Below are positions 61,444 to 64,000 of a stretch of DNA of 64,000 nucleotides, piece after piece. Source of the DNA: Smithellaceae bacterium. GTDB lineage: Bacteria; Desulfobacterota; Syntrophia; Syntrophales; Smithellaceae. Below the pieces are notes generated by a model that saw only the letters and a program-made list of their open reading frames with translations, was not told where the DNA came from and made no database searches. Numbering within the stretch: position 1 is the stretch's first letter; every line of letters starts with the position of its first letter. The DNA lies in contig CAXXVL010000002.1 in NCBI GenBank assembly GCA_963667845.2, positions 256,001 through 320,000 on the forward strand, in the 5' to 3' direction. The position numbers were made by a program, and so were the translations under genes.

Positions 61444-63249
61444 TTACCGGTAGTACCTGGCCTGGATTTCAAACAGGTGGGCGTATATTCCGTTTCGGGC
61501 GACCAGTTCTTCGTGCGTACCCGCCTCGGCGATCCCTCCGTCCTCCAGCACATAGATGCAGTCCGCCATGCGGATGGTGGAAAACCGATGGCTGATGAAG
61601 ATGACGGTGCGGCCGTTAGCCAGTTCCCGGAGATTCTCAAAAACCGCGGCTTCGGCTTTGGCATCCATGGAACTGGTCGGTTCATCAAGAACGATGATTT
61701 GCGCGTCGCGCAGGACGGCCCGCGCCAGTGCCACCTTCTGCCATTGGCCGATGCTAAGTTCCGCGCCGTTGCCGAACCATTTGCCGAGCATCGTTTCATA
61801 GCCCTCGGGAAGCCCGGCGATAACGTCATCAGCGCCGGAATATTTGGCCGCGGCAACGATCTTCTCGTCATCGGGCGCAAGCCTTGTGTTTCCCATCCAG
61901 ATATTTTCGCGGACCGTCATCTGGTACTGGACGTAGTCCTGAAAAATAATGCCGATTTCGCGGCGCAAGGCGGTCGTCTCAAAGCTGCGTAAGTCGATTC
62001 CGTCCACAGTGATCTTCCCTGCCGTCGGGTCATAGAGCCGGCACAGCAGTTTGACCAGTGTTGTCTTTCCCGACCCGTTTTCTCCGACCAGGGCCACCAC
62101 CTGACCCGGACGAATGTTGATGTTCACATCCTTGAGGACCATCACGTCTCCCGTCGGATATCGGAAACTGATCTTGTCCAGAATAATCCCTTTCTTCATG
62201 GGTCTGGGAACCGGGGCAGGTTTGACAGGTTCGATGATAGTCGGTTCCAAATCGAGAAAATCATAAAAATTGGAAAGAAAAAGGTTGTCTTCATACACCC
62301 CCCCCAAACCGTTCAGCATCTCCTTCAGATAGCCCTGCGCCCGCTGAAAGGCCTGGTAGTACATCACCATGTCTCCCAGGGTCATCATCCCCTGTATCGT
62401 CCGGTAAGCAATAAAGGCCAGAGAACCGAATATGGCGATGATCGCAAACACCTCGGCGATCAGTTCCATCACAGCGTACCTGACGGCAATGCCTATTTTT
62501 TCGCGCCGGAGCAATCGGCGCAGATCGCGAAAACGCCTGATAAACAGGGGCCCCAGGTCATACAGGCGGACTTCCTTGGCATAGTAGTGGCCGGTAATCA
62601 GCCAGTTAAAATACGTCGCCACGCGATCCGTTGCCGACCGGTCGGACTGCCAGGCAAACATCCTGTCCGCATATTTTATACGAAAGAGAAGTCCGGGAAT
62701 CAGGGATACACACAATACGGCGGCAATTCCCCAGTGAACGGAAAATAATAACGTTGCAATCCCGACGAGAGTGACACCGCTCTGAATGACCTGGACAAGA
62801 TTGTTGAGAATGCTGGTCGGCCGATGCGGAGCTTCCTGCTGGGCGCGGTGCAGGGTGTCGTAAAAGCCGGCATTTTCGTAGTATGCGATATCCAGCGCAA
62901 CGGATTTGGTGTGCAGCATATCCTGAACATGATCGGTAATGATCTGGGCCTGGGCCTGTCCCACGACTTTCGCCGCCGAGGCCAGCAAAACAGCAGCCAG
63001 AGTTGCAGCGCCCAAAAGGCCGATAAGCACCAAGACATGACTGTAGACGATGTCCTTACCCGGCGACGTAATGCCCACCGTTATCTCATCCACCACCAGC
63101 TTCATGAGGTAAAGCTGCACAAGCGGCAGAGCGGCCTGCAACACCAGGAGCATTATGCTTAAAAGCGCCCAGCCGGGAGCGGCCTTCCATAAAAGCGACA
63201 ACGCCCGTCGCAGGTACAGTTTCTGAGGTTCTTTCGGATTCAGGGACAT
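61444..63249 (-). CDS. ABC exporter (fused permease/ATPase)
   Basis: Six-TM domain, GENGSGKT, LSIGQWQ, LDEPTS. Confidence 0.93.
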   Translation of the reverse strand: MSLNPKEPQKLYLRRALSLLWKAAPGWALLSIMLLVLQAALPLVQLYLMKLVVDEITVGITSPGKDIVYSHVLVLIGLLGAATLAAVLLASAAKVVGQAQAQIITDHVQDMLHTKSVALDIAYYENAGFYDTLHRAQQEAPHRPTSILNNLVQVIQSGVTLVGIATLLFSVHWGIAAVLCVSLIPGLLFRIKYADRMFAWQSDRSATDRVATYFNWLITGHYYAKEVRLYDLGPLFIRRFRDLRRLLRREKIGIAVRYAVMELIAEVFAIIAIFGSLAFIAYRTIQGMMTLGDMVMYYQAFQRAQGYLKEMLNGLGGVYEDNLFLSNFYDFLDLEPTIIEPVKPAPVPRPMKKGIILDKISFRYPTGDVMVLKDVNINIRPGQVVALVGENGSGKTTLVKLLCRLYDPTAGKITVDGIDLRSFETTALRREIGIIFQDYVQYQMTVRENIWMGNTRLAPDDEKIVAAAKYSGADDVIAGLPEGYETMLGKWFGNGAELSIGQWQKVALARAVLRDAQIIVLDEPTSSMDAKAEAAVFENLRELANGRTVIFISHRFSTIRMADCIYVLEDGGIAEAGTHEELVARNGIYAHLFEIQARYYR

Positions 63250-64000
63250 GGGGATTCTTCAGGCTTTCTCAGGATCTGCGCTCTTAATTTGGCCACGGCG
63301 CAAAAATAGGGCGTGGCGCCGTCCAGTTCACCCGTTTCCAGATGGGCGTGCGCGGGACACCACAGGCAAAGATTGACGAGCGGACACACGCGGCAACTTT
63401 TGAGAAATTCCTGCCGGTTTGAACGCATATCCCGAACCTGTGGTACAAAATTATTCCAGGCATCGGCCAGGCTGCCTTTTTTGAGATCATAAAGCGTTGG
63501 CGGTGCCCATAAGGATGAACACAGACGGAACCTGCCGTCATAGCTGACATTGAAGCTGACGCTGCCCGCACCGCAATGGAACAGATGATTGCAACCGAAA
63601 TGCGTGAATTCATCATTGATGAGGGTATCACAATTCTTCTGCATGACCTGCATCCGCTCTTTGTCCGCCTGCTCGAGCGCGATGATTTGTTCCGGCATCA
63701 GGCGCTCCGAGATGATGTCCTTATTGCGCTCCGGGCTGCCGTCAAAGCGCAGATGCAGTTGCGGATCGAAGCGATAGAAATCCTTCGTGTACGTGCGGCA
63801 GAAATCGGCAATGGCATCCTGCTCGTGAAGATTGGATTGGATCGCCATCGCCTTCAGGCGGATGCGCACACCACTCTCCATCAGGAGATTCATCCCGCGC
63901 CTGAATTTGTCGAACGTGCCGGGCCGCCGTGTAATGCGCTCGTAAGTTTCCGGCGTCACGCCGTACACCGTCACCTCAATATCGCGCGGCGGATGCTTCT
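63240..64000 (-). CDS. Radical SAM protein with SPASM domain, 5' end beyond the window
   Basis: CGAG...DGRFRLC and CRVCPLVNLCLWCPAHA; stop overlaps the ABC start. Confidence 0.85.
   Translation of the reverse strand, partial: KHPPRDIEVTVYGVTPETYERITRRPGTFDKFRRGMNLLMESGVRIRLKAMAIQSNLHEQDAIADFCRTYTKDFYRFDPQLHLRFDGSPERNKDIISERLMPEQIIALEQADKERMQVMQKNCDTLINDEFTHFGCNHLFHCGAGSVSFNVSYDGRFRLCSSLWAPPTLYDLKKGSLADAWNNFVPQVRDMRSNRQEFLKSCRVCPLVNLCLWCPAHAHLETGELDGATPYFCAVAKLRAQILRKPEESPCP

Overview
Chromosomal segment of an anaerobic deltaproteobacterium. Gene content and style suggest Syntrophales/Smithella-like, but this is an inference. About 60 CDSs were found; no rRNA, tRNA, CRISPR array or transposase was seen. 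Main blocks: ndh, lon-hsp20 and typA; an oxidative/iron-stress cluster (Tat-exported superoxide reductase, cytochrome P460, bacterioferritin, EtfBA, ferritin-like and CBS proteins); trpB2; rarA; a sigma54 two-component system; rpoH; corA-dacA; a decayed two-component locus; msrAB; thrC; selD; a mlaEFDCA operon; ddl; a run of secreted hydrolases and lipoproteins; and the 3' end of a radical SAM/SPASM plus ABC exporter cluster. Signals the ORF track misses: (1) a candidate ~125-nt sigma54-dependent small RNA divergent from the two-component system, with -24/-12 promoter, IHF site, enhancer palindrome, anti-SD seed and its own terminator; (2) a Trp-Trp-Trp leader-peptide attenuator before trpB2; (3) UGA-recoded selenoprotein SelD; (4) a shared GGTAG-N7-CTACC operator upstream of stress genes; (5) a five-copy structured repeat family; (6) MlaF fused to a degenerate GGDEF domain; (7) a separately promoted Cys-rich secreted micropeptide next to the radical SAM cluster; (8) several gene lesions (internally deleted kinase, in-frame TAG, ACG start).
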